43,697 bases of DNA, from the NCBI GenBank assembly GCA_019239375.1, contig JAFAZZ010000049.1:1-43697 (forward strand), given 5' to 3'. The notes under the pieces were generated by a model. It was not told where the DNA came from and did no database searches. It was given only the letters and a program-made list of their open reading frames with translations. The position numbers were made by a program, and so were the translations under genes. Shown piece by piece: positions 25,235 to 34,621 of the stretch. The stretch is from Solirubrobacterales bacterium (GTDB taxonomy: Bacteria; Actinomycetota; Thermoleophilia; Solirubrobacterales; Solirubrobacteraceae). Numbering within the stretch: the stretch's first letter is position 1; each line of letters opens with the position of its first letter.

Positions 25235-25240
25235 TCGGGA

Positions 25241-26158
25241 GTGAAGACTCGGTGGTTCAGAGCGGTCTGTGCCGGCGCGGTGGCGCTGAGCGTCGCGGCT
25301 GGGGGGTCTGGCTGCGGCGGGACTAGCGCCGCCAGCACCACGGGCCTCCGCGTCGTCGCCGCCGAAAACTTCTGGGGTTCGATCGCCGGCCAGATCGGCG
25401 GAAGCAAGGCCGGTGTGCAAAGCATCATCACCAATCCGGCGCAGGACCCCCATGCGTATGAGCCGACCGCGCAGGACGCACGCATCCTGGCCACAGCCCA
25501 GCTCGCGATTGTCAACGGTGTCGGCTACGACCCCTGGGCGCCGAGGTTGCTGGCGGCCAATCCCGACTCACAGCGGGTCGTCCTCAACATCGGCGATCAG
25601 TTCGGCCTCCACGAAGGCGACAACCCGCACCGCTGGTACGACCCGAGCGAGGTTGAGGCGGTGGCCAAAGACATCGCCGGCGATCTCTCGAAGCTCGACG
25701 CAGCCAACGCGGCCTACTACGAGAAACGGCTCAGCACCTTCGAGACCAGCGGCCTGGGGCGTTACCACCAGCTGATCGCGCAGATCGGCGCGCGGTACGC
25801 GGGAACCAGTGTGGGCGCGTCGGAGAGCATCTTCGCGCTGCTGGCGCCCGCGCTCCGACTCAACCTGGCCACCCCGCCAAGCTTCATGAAGGCGATCAGC
25901 GAGGGCACCGAGGTCACGGCACAGGACACGATCACCACGCAGCAGCAGATGACCCGCCACCAGATCAAGGTGTGGATCTATAACCCACAGAACGCGACGC
26001 CCCAGATTCAGCGCCTGAACGGGCTCGCGCGTGCCAACCACATACCGATTGCGACCGTGACCGAGACGCTCTCCCCGGCAACGGCCAGCTTCGAGCAGTG
26101 GCAGGTCGCTCAGCTGGAAAACCTCGAGCGCACACTGCACGAGGCGACCGGCCGATGA
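25241..26158 (+). CDS. Zn/Mn ABC transporter substrate-binding protein (cluster A-I)
   Basis: 'VVAAENFWGSIA', 'DPHAYEPT', 'NGVGYD', 'NPHRWYD'; signal peptide with possible lipidated Cys. Confidence 0.92.
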   Translation: MKTRWFRAVCAGAVALSVAAGGSGCGGTSAASTTGLRVVAAENFWGSIAGQIGGSKAGVQSIITNPAQDPHAYEPTAQDARILATAQLAIVNGVGYDPWAPRLLAANPDSQRVVLNIGDQFGLHEGDNPHRWYDPSEVEAVAKDIAGDLSKLDAANAAYYEKRLSTFETSGLGRYHQLIAQIGARYAGTSVGASESIFALLAPALRLNLATPPSFMKAISEGTEVTAQDTITTQQQMTRHQIKVWIYNPQNATPQIQRLNGLARANHIPIATVTETLSPATASFEQWQVAQLENLERTLHEATGR

Positions 26159-27009
26159 TCGAGCTCGTCGGCGAGGAGACCCAGAGCATGATCAAGCTCG
26201 CCGGCGCCACCGTCCGGCTCGGGGGCAGACGGGTGTTCGGCGATGTCGAGCTGACCGTCGAGCCGGGTCAGCTGGTCGCCGTGCTCGGGCCGAACGGAGG
26301 GGGCAAGACGACGCTCATGCGCATGATCCTCGGCCTCGTCCCGCTCGAGGCCGGCTCGGCCACCGTGCTGGGCCGCCCGCCGGCGCAGGCGCGACCGGCA
26401 ATCGGCTACCTGCCCCAGCGCCGGAGCTTCGACTCCTCGACGCGGATCCGCGGCATCGACCTGGTGCGCCTGGGCCTGGACGGGGCGCGCTGGGGGATCC
26501 CGATTCCGGTCACGAGCACCGCCCGACGGCGCCGCCGCGCAGAAACGACCCGTGTCGGCGAGGTCATCGAACTGGTCGGTGCCACCACGTACGCGCGCCG
26601 CGCCATCGGCGAGTTATCCGGCGGGGAGCAGCAGCGGCTGCTGATCGCGCAGGCGCTGATCCGAAAACCCCGACTCCTGATCCTCGACGAGCCGCTCGAC
26701 AGCCTCGACCTGCCCAACCAGGCCGCCGTGGCCGGTCTGCTGCGCCGAATTTGTTCCATCGAGGGTGTCTCGGTGCTCCTGGTCGCCCACGACGTCAACC
26801 CGCTGCTCGGTTCCCTGGACCAGGTGATCTACCTGGCCGGCGGCCGCGCGCGGAGCGGCACGGTCGACGAGGTGATCACCTCGTCCACCCTCACGCAGTT
26901 GTACGGCGCCCCGATCGAGGTGCTCCAGACGACCGACGGACGGCTGGTCGTGGTCGGCCAGCCGGAGGCCCCGCACCATCACGGGCACCGGCACGAACTC
27001 GTCGGCTAA
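26155..27009 (+). CDS. Metal ABC transporter ATP-binding protein
   Basis: Walker A 'GPNGGGKT', 'LSGGEQQR', 'LILDEP'; His-rich tail 'PHHHGHRHE'; ATGA coupling. Confidence 0.93.
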   Translation: MIELVGEETQSMIKLAGATVRLGGRRVFGDVELTVEPGQLVAVLGPNGGGKTTLMRMILGLVPLEAGSATVLGRPPAQARPAIGYLPQRRSFDSSTRIRGIDLVRLGLDGARWGIPIPVTSTARRRRRAETTRVGEVIELVGATTYARRAIGELSGGEQQRLLIAQALIRKPRLLILDEPLDSLDLPNQAAVAGLLRRICSIEGVSVLLVAHDVNPLLGSLDQVIYLAGGRARSGTVDEVITSSTLTQLYGAPIEVLQTTDGRLVVVGQPEAPHHHGHRHELVG

Positions 27010-27869
27010 TGACCTCTCCCCTCTCGCCGGACCCGATCGCCGATCTGCGCGCGCTCTTCAGCTATCCGTTCATGGTCAACGCGCTCGAAGCGGGGACGAT
27101 CGTGGCCGTCCTCGCCGCCGTCGTCGGGTGGTACATGGTGCTGCGCCGCCAGACCTTCGCGGGCCACACGCTCTCGGTGATGGCTTTCCCGGGTGCGGCG
27201 GGCGCCGCGCTGGCCGGAGTACCCACCGCGCTCGGCTATTACGTGGCATGTGGCGGCGCCGCGCTGCTCATGCGCCGAGCGCGCGGCTCCCAAGTCCGGC
27301 GCGGCTACGGAACCGAGACGGCGACCATCGCCGCCGTGCAGGCAGTGGGGCTGGCCGCCGGATTTCTGTTCCTGTCGCTGGGCAACGCCGTGCTCGGCGG
27401 GACCGAGACGCTGCTGTTCGGGACGTTCCTGGGCGTGAGCCGAAACCAGGTCCTCACCCTGCTCATCGTCGCTGCCGCTGCGCTGATCCTCATCGCCGCC
27501 GCCGCCCGGCCACTGCTGCTCGAGACGATCGATCCGGAGGCGGCGAGGGCTCGTGGTCTGCCGGTCGCCGTACTCGACCTCGGCTTTCTGCTCGTGCTCG
27601 CCGCCGCGGTCGCAGCCACCAGCCAGATCACCGGCGCCCTGCTCGTGCTCGCGCTGCTCGTCGCGCCGGCCGCCGCTGCTCAGCAGCTCACGATGCGCCC
27701 GGGCGTAGGCCTGGTCCTCAGCGTTACCTTTGCGCTGGCCATCGTGTGGCTCGGGCTCGGGATCGCCTACTTCTCCATCTATCCGGTTGGCTTCTACGTG
27801 ACCAGCATCGCGTTCGCGGTGTACCTCCTCGCCCGGCTCGCCCGGGCCACCAGGGCGCGCAGCGGCTGA
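27009..27869 (+). CDS. Metal ABC transporter permease (ABC-3 family) 1
   Basis: 'PFMVNAL', 'VLRRQTFAGHTL', 'LLFG', 'DPEAARARG', 'GALLVLALLVAPAAAA'; TAATG coupling. Confidence 0.92.
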   Translation: MTSPLSPDPIADLRALFSYPFMVNALEAGTIVAVLAAVVGWYMVLRRQTFAGHTLSVMAFPGAAGAALAGVPTALGYYVACGGAALLMRRARGSQVRRGYGTETATIAAVQAVGLAAGFLFLSLGNAVLGGTETLLFGTFLGVSRNQVLTLLIVAAAALILIAAAARPLLLETIDPEAARARGLPVAVLDLGFLLVLAAAVAATSQITGALLVLALLVAPAAAAQQLTMRPGVGLVLSVTFALAIVWLGLGIAYFSIYPVGFYVTSIAFAVYLLARLARATRARSG

Positions 27870-28681
27870 TGTTCGCCCACGACTTCGTCCGCAACGCATA
27901 CTTGGCCGGAACCTTCATCGCGCTGGCCTGCGGCGTCGTCGGCTGGTTCGTGGTCCTGCGCGGGCAGCTGTTCGCCGGCGACGCGCTCACGCATGTCGCG
28001 TTCGTGGGCGCGATCGGCGCCGCTGTGCTGGGGGTCGACGAACTGGTCGGGCTGTTCGTGCTCACGCTGGCGGTCGCGGCCGGGATGGCGGCGCTCGGCC
28101 AGCGAGGCCAGGCCGATGACGCCGCGGTCGGGATCGTGTTCGCCTGGATCCTGGGCGTCGGCGTGCTCCTGCTCGCGGTACTCGCGACCAGCGCATCCGG
28201 TGGGACCGGCGTGGCGGCCGCGAGCACCCTGTTCGGCTCGATCTATTCCCTCAGCGCAGGCGGCTCACGTCTGGCCGCGGCGATCGCGGTCGCTGCCGCG
28301 CTGGCCGTGCTCATCGGTCTGCGACCGCTGCTGCTCATCACCCTCGACATCGATGTAGCGGCGGCTCGCGGCATCCCGGCGCGGGCAGTCGGTGTGGGGT
28401 TTCTCGCCCTGCTCGCGGTGGTCACGGCCGAGAGCACCCAGGCGGTCGGCGCGCTGCTGCTGCTCGGCCTGATGGCGGCGCCCGCCGGCGCGGCTCAGCG
28501 GCTCACTGCCAACCCCTACCGCGGCCTCGCGCTGTCGGCGCTCCTGGCCGTGCTCGCGACGTGGGGCGGCCTCGCCCTGAGCTACCAGATCGGTTCCCTG
28601 CCGCCGAGCAGCGCGATCATCGGGCTGGCCGGTGCGGCTTACGGCGCCGCCACGCTCCTCGCCCGGCGCAGGCGGAACTGA
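27869..28681 (+). CDS. Metal ABC transporter permease (ABC-3 family) 2
   Basis: 'FVRNAY', 'FAGDALTHVAF', 'LFGSI', 'AAARG', 'VGALL'; TGATG coupling. Confidence 0.92.
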   Translation: MFAHDFVRNAYLAGTFIALACGVVGWFVVLRGQLFAGDALTHVAFVGAIGAAVLGVDELVGLFVLTLAVAAGMAALGQRGQADDAAVGIVFAWILGVGVLLLAVLATSASGGTGVAAASTLFGSIYSLSAGGSRLAAAIAVAAALAVLIGLRPLLLITLDIDVAAARGIPARAVGVGFLALLAVVTAESTQAVGALLLLGLMAAPAGAAQRLTANPYRGLALSALLAVLATWGGLALSYQIGSLPPSSAIIGLAGAAYGAATLLARRRRN

Positions 28682-28689
28682 CAGAGCGT

Positions 28690-28827
28690 GAGGACCGGCT
28701 GGCGGCCCCGGGGGGAGTCAACGCCCGGGACCGCCGCCGGTCCCCAGCTGCGGGAGTCGGGGGAGTCCGTCCGCATGCGACGAGGCGCACGTTTCGTCGC
28801 GGGTGTCGAGCCTACGACGCCGACCGT
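28690..28827 (-). ncRNA. Candidate structured small RNA with C-rich loops (6C-like)
   Basis: TATGGT -10 at 28839-34 on the minus strand; successive hairpins; three GACUCCC motifs, one followed by C5 and one by C6; ends in a long GC stem at 28692-28743. Confidence 0.45.
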
Positions 28828-28890
28828 CAGCTCACCATAAAGCTTGGGCGAATCCGTACGTGCGCGAACCGTCGCGTAGCCAGAGTCCGT

Positions 28891-30210
28891 TCAGGGCACC
28901 TGGATGATCCCGGTCGGACCTCCCTGCCCGCCGCGCCCGGTCGGGTAGTAGCCCGGGTTGTAGTACTGGTAGCGGTACGCCGGCGCTCCCGCACCGGTCG
29001 GCGCACCGCCGCCGGTGTCCGGGACCGGCACGGCGTCGGCGAACAGCCGGGACAGGACGACCAGGAGCACGAGCGTTCCGGCCACGATCCACACAGCGAC
29101 GACGCTGCGCCGCAGCCACAGCCCGGCGGCGGGTGAGCTCGGCCACGCCGGAGCAGCACGCGCCGGAGTGGCGCTAAGCCGAGCGGCCCGCGCCGGAGCG
29201 GTGCTCAGCGAAGCGGGCCGCGCCGGAGCGGCCATGGATGGCGCACGCGTTGCGGTGGCTCGAATCCGGGGCGCGGGCGCCGGCCCCGGGCATCGCTGAT
29301 CGAGGCGTCCCTCGGCGAGCAGCCCGCGCAGGGCGCGCTGCCACTCCCCGGCGGTGGGCCGGTTCACCGCGGCGGCGCCGAGTGACCGGTAGAGGAGGTC
29401 GCGCAACTCGACGGGTACGTAGCGCAGATGGGGCGCCGCTGCGCGCGCGTCGTGCGAGCGCGCGAATAGCCGCAGGATGACCAGCCCGAGCTTGTAGGCG
29501 TCGGCCGCGCGGGTCTCGGGTGACTCGGGGAACGCCGCCGGTATCTCCCAGTCGGCCGTCTGGACACTGGGCAGTGCGCTGCGGCCGCGGAAGGCCATCG
29601 AGTCGCAGTCGATGAAGCAGACCTGCGTCGCACGTCCGACGGCCAGCAGCAGGTTGTTGGGCGCGATGTCGCCGACCGCGATCCCTTGCCGGTGCAGGAA
29701 GGCCAAGCCGGCACTCACCCGCTCGGCCACCTCCGCCCGCCGCATCGTGTCCAGCCGCACCCCCAGCCCGCGCAGCTCGAGATATCCATCCGCGCCCAGG
29801 AGGTGCTCGAGCGTCAGCAGCACGCGCTCGCGGCGTCCGCTCGGCATCACGAACGGCACAGCGAACCGGTCGGCGACATCGCGCATCACGATGCCCACCG
29901 CGCGCGGGCCGGAGTGCACCACGGCCAGCGGCCACGCGGCGACCGCGTGCAAGCCAGCCCGCTGGTCGGGCGCAAGCGACCGGCCCCAGGCGGCCATCTC
30001 GGCCAGCCAGTGGGCCGCACCCGGGGGTGGCGCGCGGCGGTAGAGCTTGACGACGATCGGGTCGGGGCCGAGCGAGGTCGGCATCAGCTCCGGCCGGTAC
30101 ACCCGCCCCTGGCCGCCCACCCGGGAGACCGGCACGAGCTCACCGAGATCCTCCAGGCGCACGGCGCGCGGACGCCCACCGCTCGGTCCACGGATGGCGA
30201 GCGCGGTCAT
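28891..30210 (-). CDS. Atypical Ser/Thr protein kinase with C-terminal TM helix (TerY-P / YegI-like)
   Basis: 'GGQGRVY', 'VVKLY', 'AAWP', catalytic loop 'VGDIAPNN', 'IDCDS', 'DAYKLG'; Pro/Ala linker then TM; ATG 30210 overlaps the PP2C stop (ATGA). Confidence 0.8.
   Translation of the reverse strand: MTALAIRGPSGGRPRAVRLEDLGELVPVSRVGGQGRVYRPELMPTSLGPDPIVVKLYRRAPPPGAAHWLAEMAAWGRSLAPDQRAGLHAVAAWPLAVVHSGPRAVGIVMRDVADRFAVPFVMPSGRRERVLLTLEHLLGADGYLELRGLGVRLDTMRRAEVAERVSAGLAFLHRQGIAVGDIAPNNLLLAVGRATQVCFIDCDSMAFRGRSALPSVQTADWEIPAAFPESPETRAADAYKLGLVILRLFARSHDARAAAPHLRYVPVELRDLLYRSLGAAAVNRPTAGEWQRALRGLLAEGRLDQRCPGPAPAPRIRATATRAPSMAAPARPASLSTAPARAARLSATPARAAPAWPSSPAAGLWLRRSVVAVWIVAGTLVLLVVLSRLFADAVPVPDTGGGAPTGAGAPAYRYQYYNPGYYPTGRGGQGGPTGIIQVP
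29161..29233. repeat. 30-bp imperfect tandem repeat (about 2.4 copies) in the kinase linker
   Basis: CGCCGGAG recurs at 29161, 29191 and 29221; encodes APARPASLST/APARAARLSA/TPARAA. Confidence 0.7.
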
Positions 30211-31130
30211 GGCTCCCGGGGCGCCCACACCGCGACCAGGGTGCGATCGTCGTCGTAGGTGCTGCGGCTGAAATCGAGCAGCCGCGCGAAATCGACCACG
30301 TCGGGCGGCTTGGCCAGCTCCCGGGCGAACGCGCTCGCGAGCGCTCCGGTGCCTCCCGCCAGCGGCAGCGCCACCCCGTCCGTGCACAGCAGCAGCACGG
30401 CGCCGGGCTCGAGCACGCACGAGCGTGCCTGGACCGCCCGCGCGTCGTGCGGCAGCGCCGCGACGACGCCGCCGATCAACCCCTCGTCCGGCCCCGCCTC
30501 TCCAACGAACGGATCGTAATCCCCGCCATGCAGCAGGAACGCGGGGGAATCCCCTACCGCCGCGAGCGACACGAGGATGCGGTCAGGATCAGGCGCCGAC
30601 GCAACTGCGACCAGCAGGGTGGTGGCGAGCGAGTGAGAGGCCTCCTCCACGCCCAGGTCGGGATCGCCCACCGAGCGGCGATGCTCCTCGGCAAGCGCCC
30701 ACGCCGCCTGGTCGAACACGTTCGGCCAGTCGAGCGCGCCGACGCCCTCCGCGTCGAGCTGGCGGGCGACGGCGGCCGTGGCGTACCGCACGGCCAGCGC
30801 CGCCCCCAGATCGGAACGAGGGGCGGCCGAGACTCCATCCGCCACCGCGGCGATCACCGTCCGCGTCGCCGGGTGCAGCCGCAGACATAGATCATCCTGG
30901 CGGGGACCTCCGGCGAACCGCTTGTGCAGGCCTCGGACGGAGGCCGCCCTGACGGTCAGGCCGAAGGCGCTGCCGCCGTCGGCGATCGTGTCGGGACGGT
31001 ACGGCTCGCCGCCGGCCAACTGGGGCTCGATGTCCGGCGCAGGCTCTCCGATCGTCAGCGGACCGCGCGCCAGGCGCACGCGCCGGCGCGGCGGCCGGGG
31101 ACCGACCGTGGCGCGCTCTGGCGAAGCCAC
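30207..31130 (-). CDS. PP2C-family protein phosphatase (TerY-P / YegK-like)
   Basis: 'AASVRGLHK...RQD', 'AVADGVS', 'LATTL', 'VGDSPAF', 'LCTDGV', 'DDDRT'. Confidence 0.88.
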   Translation of the reverse strand: MASPERATVGPRPPRRRVRLARGPLTIGEPAPDIEPQLAGGEPYRPDTIADGGSAFGLTVRAASVRGLHKRFAGGPRQDDLCLRLHPATRTVIAAVADGVSAAPRSDLGAALAVRYATAAVARQLDAEGVGALDWPNVFDQAAWALAEEHRRSVGDPDLGVEEASHSLATTLLVAVASAPDPDRILVSLAAVGDSPAFLLHGGDYDPFVGEAGPDEGLIGGVVAALPHDARAVQARSCVLEPGAVLLLCTDGVALPLAGGTGALASAFARELAKPPDVVDFARLLDFSRSTYDDDRTLVAVWAPREP

Positions 31131-31140
31131 GGGACAGCCG

Positions 31141-31968
31141 CTACACGAGTGGTGCGTCGAGCTGCACGAATCCCTCCGGCTTCTCGAACTCGATCGTCTG
31201 CTCGCCCCGGTCCAGCCGCTCGGCCGACGCGACCATCGAGTTCAGCATCGAGGCGGCGAATTCCGCGATCGCGCCGGCAGTCGATGCGCCTGCAGTCATC
31301 ATGAACCCGTAGCGGGGTGTGCTGGCCAGCTCGCGGATGACGTCCGGGTCTGCGTCACCCACGCCGAAGGCGAGCACGTTGGGCCGCTCCCTGAAGCCAG
31401 GGTCCTTGAGCTCGTCTAGGCGCGCCCGCCACGTGTCTGCCTTGTCGGTGGGCTGGCCGTCGCTCAGGAAGAACACCGAGGGTCGATGGACCTGATAGCC
31501 GCCGCTCTTCAGCAGCGCTACGTCGGCGGGGATCGCTTGGCGCACCGCCTCGCACGCGCTCGCGTAGCTCGTGCCCCGCCCGCGCGGGGCCAGCATCGGC
31601 AGCACGAGGTCCTCGCTCAGCTCCGAGAGCTGGAGGCGCGTCTCGGCGGTGTCGGCGAACGTGATGATCCCGAAGCGGACCTTCTTGCCAATCAGCGGGT
31701 GCTTCGCCACCTCGTCGCGCAGGTCGATCAGCCCCTGGTTGACGGCGGCGATGGGGTCGCCCGCCATCGAGTGGGATTCGTCGCCGACGAAGTACATCGG
31801 CAGCACCTGGCCGATCACCGTGCCGGCCGGCGCCGGCACGGGAGCGGCGGTGACCGGCTCGGGGGCCGCTCCCGAGACCTCTGGCGCCGGCGCCGCCACG
31901 GGCGGCGGAACGCCCGGCTCGCCCATATTCCCGCGCCGGCTCGATGGCATGCTGATCTTCATGCTCAC
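31141..31968 (-). CDS. terY: TerY-like von Willebrand factor A domain protein
   Basis: 'LPMYFVGDESHSM' (MIDAS DxSxS), 'GIITF', 'GRGTSY', 'RPSVFFLSDGQPTD'. Start uncertain: GTG 31968 overlapping the upstream stop, or ATG 31962 or 31926. Confidence 0.85.
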   Translation of the reverse strand: MSMKISMPSSRRGNMGEPGVPPPVAAPAPEVSGAAPEPVTAAPVPAPAGTVIGQVLPMYFVGDESHSMAGDPIAAVNQGLIDLRDEVAKHPLIGKKVRFGIITFADTAETRLQLSELSEDLVLPMLAPRGRGTSYASACEAVRQAIPADVALLKSGGYQVHRPSVFFLSDGQPTDKADTWRARLDELKDPGFRERPNVLAFGVGDADPDVIRELASTPRYGFMMTAGASTAGAIAEFAASMLNSMVASAERLDRGEQTIEFEKPEGFVQLDAPLV

Positions 31969-32618
31969 GCTCCCGCGGTCGTGCTCGTTCCGCCCGCGGA
32001 TCCGGAACCTGTCCCTCGCGGGGGGGCCAGGAGGCTTTGACAGGCGCGGCTGGCCGCCTGGAACTTGGCGTTGGTCCGGATGTTGGCCGGGAACACCGGC
32101 CCCTCGCCCGAGAAGTTCGGGTTGGGCAGGTTGTAGCCGTGCTGGCGTACGCACGTCACGTACTTGGTGATGGCCGTATGCGAGAGTCGCCCACGGAAAC
32201 GTCCGCCGCCGAAGCCGAACCTCGCGCCGCAGGCCTGGAGGGCTGACCGCACCTTTGGGTTGGCGGCAAAGCCGCCGCCGCCGAAGAACCCGCGCCGCGG
32301 CGTCGTGCCGGTCCCGGTGGTCCCCGTCCCGCTGGTTGTGCTGCCGCCACCGCTCGACCCGCCGGCGCCGCCCGGAGCTCCCGGAGGACGTGCCGGCAGC
32401 GTGACGCCGTGCTGCTTCAGACAGGCGGCTAGGGCCGCGCGCCGGCTGCTGTTCGCGCCGGCTCCGCCCGCGGCTGACGCGGTCGTGGTCGTGCTGCTCG
32501 TGGCGCTCGCGCTGCCGCTGGAGCTGCTCGCGCTGCCGCAGGCAGCGATCAGACCGCCCAGACCGAGCGCGAGGACCATCAAGAGCGCCCCCCGAGATGT
32601 GTTACCGATGAGTTTCAA
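31965..32618 (-). CDS. Lipoprotein with two Cys-containing C(L/V)xxHG repeats
   Basis: TTG 32618 with AGGAAAGGA RBS; lipobox 'LIAA^CG'; 'ACLKQHGV...ALQAC' and 'TCVRQHGY...ASRAC'; Ser/Thr/Gly linkers. Confidence 0.78.
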   Translation of the reverse strand: MKLIGNTSRGALLMVLALGLGGLIAACGSASSSSGSASATSSTTTTASAAGGAGANSSRRAALAACLKQHGVTLPARPPGAPGGAGGSSGGGSTTSGTGTTGTGTTPRRGFFGGGGFAANPKVRSALQACGARFGFGGGRFRGRLSHTAITKYVTCVRQHGYNLPNPNFSGEGPVFPANIRTNAKFQAASRACQSLLAPPRGTGSGSAGGTSTTAGA

Positions 32619-32649
32619 CCTTCTGTTCCTTTCCTTGAATCGATACTGC

Positions 32650-33366
32650 TCAGCCGCCGCCGAACAGCGAGTTGACGGCGGAAGATCCGTTGCTCGGGGT
32701 ACTCGAGCTCCCCGAGGCGCCGCTTGCCGCGGCGGCGGGGCTGGCGCCGGTGTCGCTGACGGTGGTCGCGCTGACCGTGCCGTCACCGCCCTTTGCCCCC
32801 GAGACGACCACTAGATCGCCTGGTCGCACGGCCTTCTTGCCCACAGTGATGTTCTTGGTCACCTTCGTCGCGCTCGACAGCGTGACCTTGACCGTGTTGC
32901 CTGAAGTCTCGGTGACGTACAGAGAGTCTCCGCTGATGTTGCTGACGGTCCCGAGCGTGGCGCTCCCACCGGCCCCGCCGGCGCCGAACAGGCCGCGGAA
33001 TCCCCCGCCACCACTGCCGGTGCCGCGCGCCGACGCCCCCGCGCCCGGACGCGCCGCGCCCGCCTGACCCGCCGCACCGGTACCGGCAGACGCGCCGCTA
33101 CCGGCGGACGCGCCGCCACCGGCAGCGGCCCGCGAACCCCCGCCGGCGGCCGCCGACAGTCCGGCGGTGGACGTCGAGCTCGCCAGCTTGCTCTTCTCGA
33201 CACGCACGCCGGCGTAGAAGCCGACCGCGCCCAGGATCAGCGCGAACAAGGCGGCGCTGCGCCGATTCAGGAACTGGCGACGCGGGCGTCCGGGAAGCGC
33301 CACGTCCTGCTCATCCTCATAGCCGTCCCACTCCTCCTCCGGCCTGTCGTAGGGGATGGCGTTCAT
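32650..33366 (-). CDS. Single-TM protein with Gly/Ala linker and small beta domain (DUF5666-like)
   Basis: ATG 33366 with AGAGGA RBS; TM 'LFALILGAVGFYAGV'; 'GTVSNISGDSLYV...V.LSSATKV...VRPGDLVVVSG...GTVSATTV'. Confidence 0.78.
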   Translation of the reverse strand: MNAIPYDRPEEEWDGYEDEQDVALPGRPRRQFLNRRSAALFALILGAVGFYAGVRVEKSKLASSTSTAGLSAAAGGGSRAAAGGGASAGSGASAGTGAAGQAGAARPGAGASARGTGSGGGGFRGLFGAGGAGGSATLGTVSNISGDSLYVTETSGNTVKVTLSSATKVTKNITVGKKAVRPGDLVVVSGAKGGDGTVSATTVSDTGASPAAAASGASGSSSTPSNGSSAVNSLFGGG

Positions 33367-33388
33367 GTCGGTTCCTCTGGGTCGTTGT

Positions 33389-34621
33389 TCACTCAAAGCG
33401 CAGCGCCTCGATCGGCCGAAGCGCCGCGGCGCGGCCGGCGGGATAGGTGCCGAAGAAGAGCCCGATCAGGACCGCGGCACCGAAGGCGAGCCCGATCGAG
33501 TAGGGCGCGATCACCGGCTGGACACCCGCGATCTTGAACTGGCTGCCGACGATGCCCGCGATCACGCCGGCGATGCCACCGAAGAACGACACCAGCACCG
33601 CTTCGACGAGAAACTGGATGAGGATGTCGCTGCGGCGCGCGCCCACCGCCTTACGGATGCCGATCTCGCGGGTGCGCTCGGTGACCGAGACAAGCATGAT
33701 GTTCATCACGCCGATGCCGCCGACGAGCAGGGAGATCGCTGCGACCTCGCCGAGCAGGGTGGTGAATACCTTGCTGCTTGCGGTCGAGGTCTGGATGATC
33801 GAGCTCTGATTGATGACGTTGAAGTTGCTCGTCCCGAGCGAGCCTGGGCTGGGCGGATCGAGCCGGTTCAGGATGTTCGTCACTTCGGTCTGCGCAGCAT
33901 TCAGCTGACCCCGTGACTGGGCCTGGACGACGATCTGGGTGATGCTTCCGTAGCCGGTCAAGGTGTCCTGTACCGCCGTGAGCGGCGCGATCGCGACGTC
34001 GTCCTGGTTGGAGGTTCCGTTCGATCCCTTCGCCGCCGTGACGCCGATGATCTGGAAGTTCGTGCCGTTGACCTGGATCGTCTGGCCGACGGGATCCGCC
34101 CCGCCGAACAGCTCGCTGACCACGGTCGGCCCGACCACGAGAACGCGGTTGTGGTTCTGCACATCGGCGTTGGTGAACCACGAGCCCGTGGCCATCGTGT
34201 AGCTGCGCGCAGCCTCGTAGGAGGGCGTGGTGCCGATAAAGGAAGTCGGCGAGTAAGTAGTCGTGCCCGAAGTGAGCGTCACTCCGCTGGCGCTGGTCAC
34301 CGGCGAGGAACTCGCGACGTCGGGCGCCTGGAACCGGTTCACCAGCGCGCCCGCATCCGCCACCGTGAGGCCGGTGCCGGCGCTTGGGCTGGCGCCGCCC
34401 CCGCGACGGAACAGGCCACCGAGCGTGGGCGCCCCGCTCACCAGCAGCACGTTCGAGCCGAGCTGGTCGATCTGCTTCGTGACCGCCGCCGACGATCCGG
34501 TGCCGAGCGCGATCAGCACGATCACCGACCCGACCCCGATCATCAGCCCGAGGATCGTCAGTCCGGACCGCAGCTTGTTGGCGGCCAGGCCGCCCAACGC
34601 CACGCGGACGATCTCGGTCAT
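33389..34621 (-). CDS. MacB/FtsX-family ABC transporter permease
   Basis: '[20 protein letters not shown]', '[33 protein letters not shown]', 'PIEALRFE'. Confidence 0.95.
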   Translation of the reverse strand: MTEIVRVALGGLAANKLRSGLTILGLMIGVGSVIVLIALGTGSSAAVTKQIDQLGSNVLLVSGAPTLGGLFRRGGGASPSAGTGLTVADAGALVNRFQAPDVASSSPVTSASGVTLTSGTTTYSPTSFIGTTPSYEAARSYTMATGSWFTNADVQNHNRVLVVGPTVVSELFGGADPVGQTIQVNGTNFQIIGVTAAKGSNGTSNQDDVAIAPLTAVQDTLTGYGSITQIVVQAQSRGQLNAAQTEVTNILNRLDPPSPGSLGTSNFNVINQSSIIQTSTASSKVFTTLLGEVAAISLLVGGIGVMNIMLVSVTERTREIGIRKAVGARRSDILIQFLVEAVLVSFFGGIAGVIAGIVGSQFKIAGVQPVIAPYSIGLAFGAAVLIGLFFGTYPAGRAAALRPIEALRFE

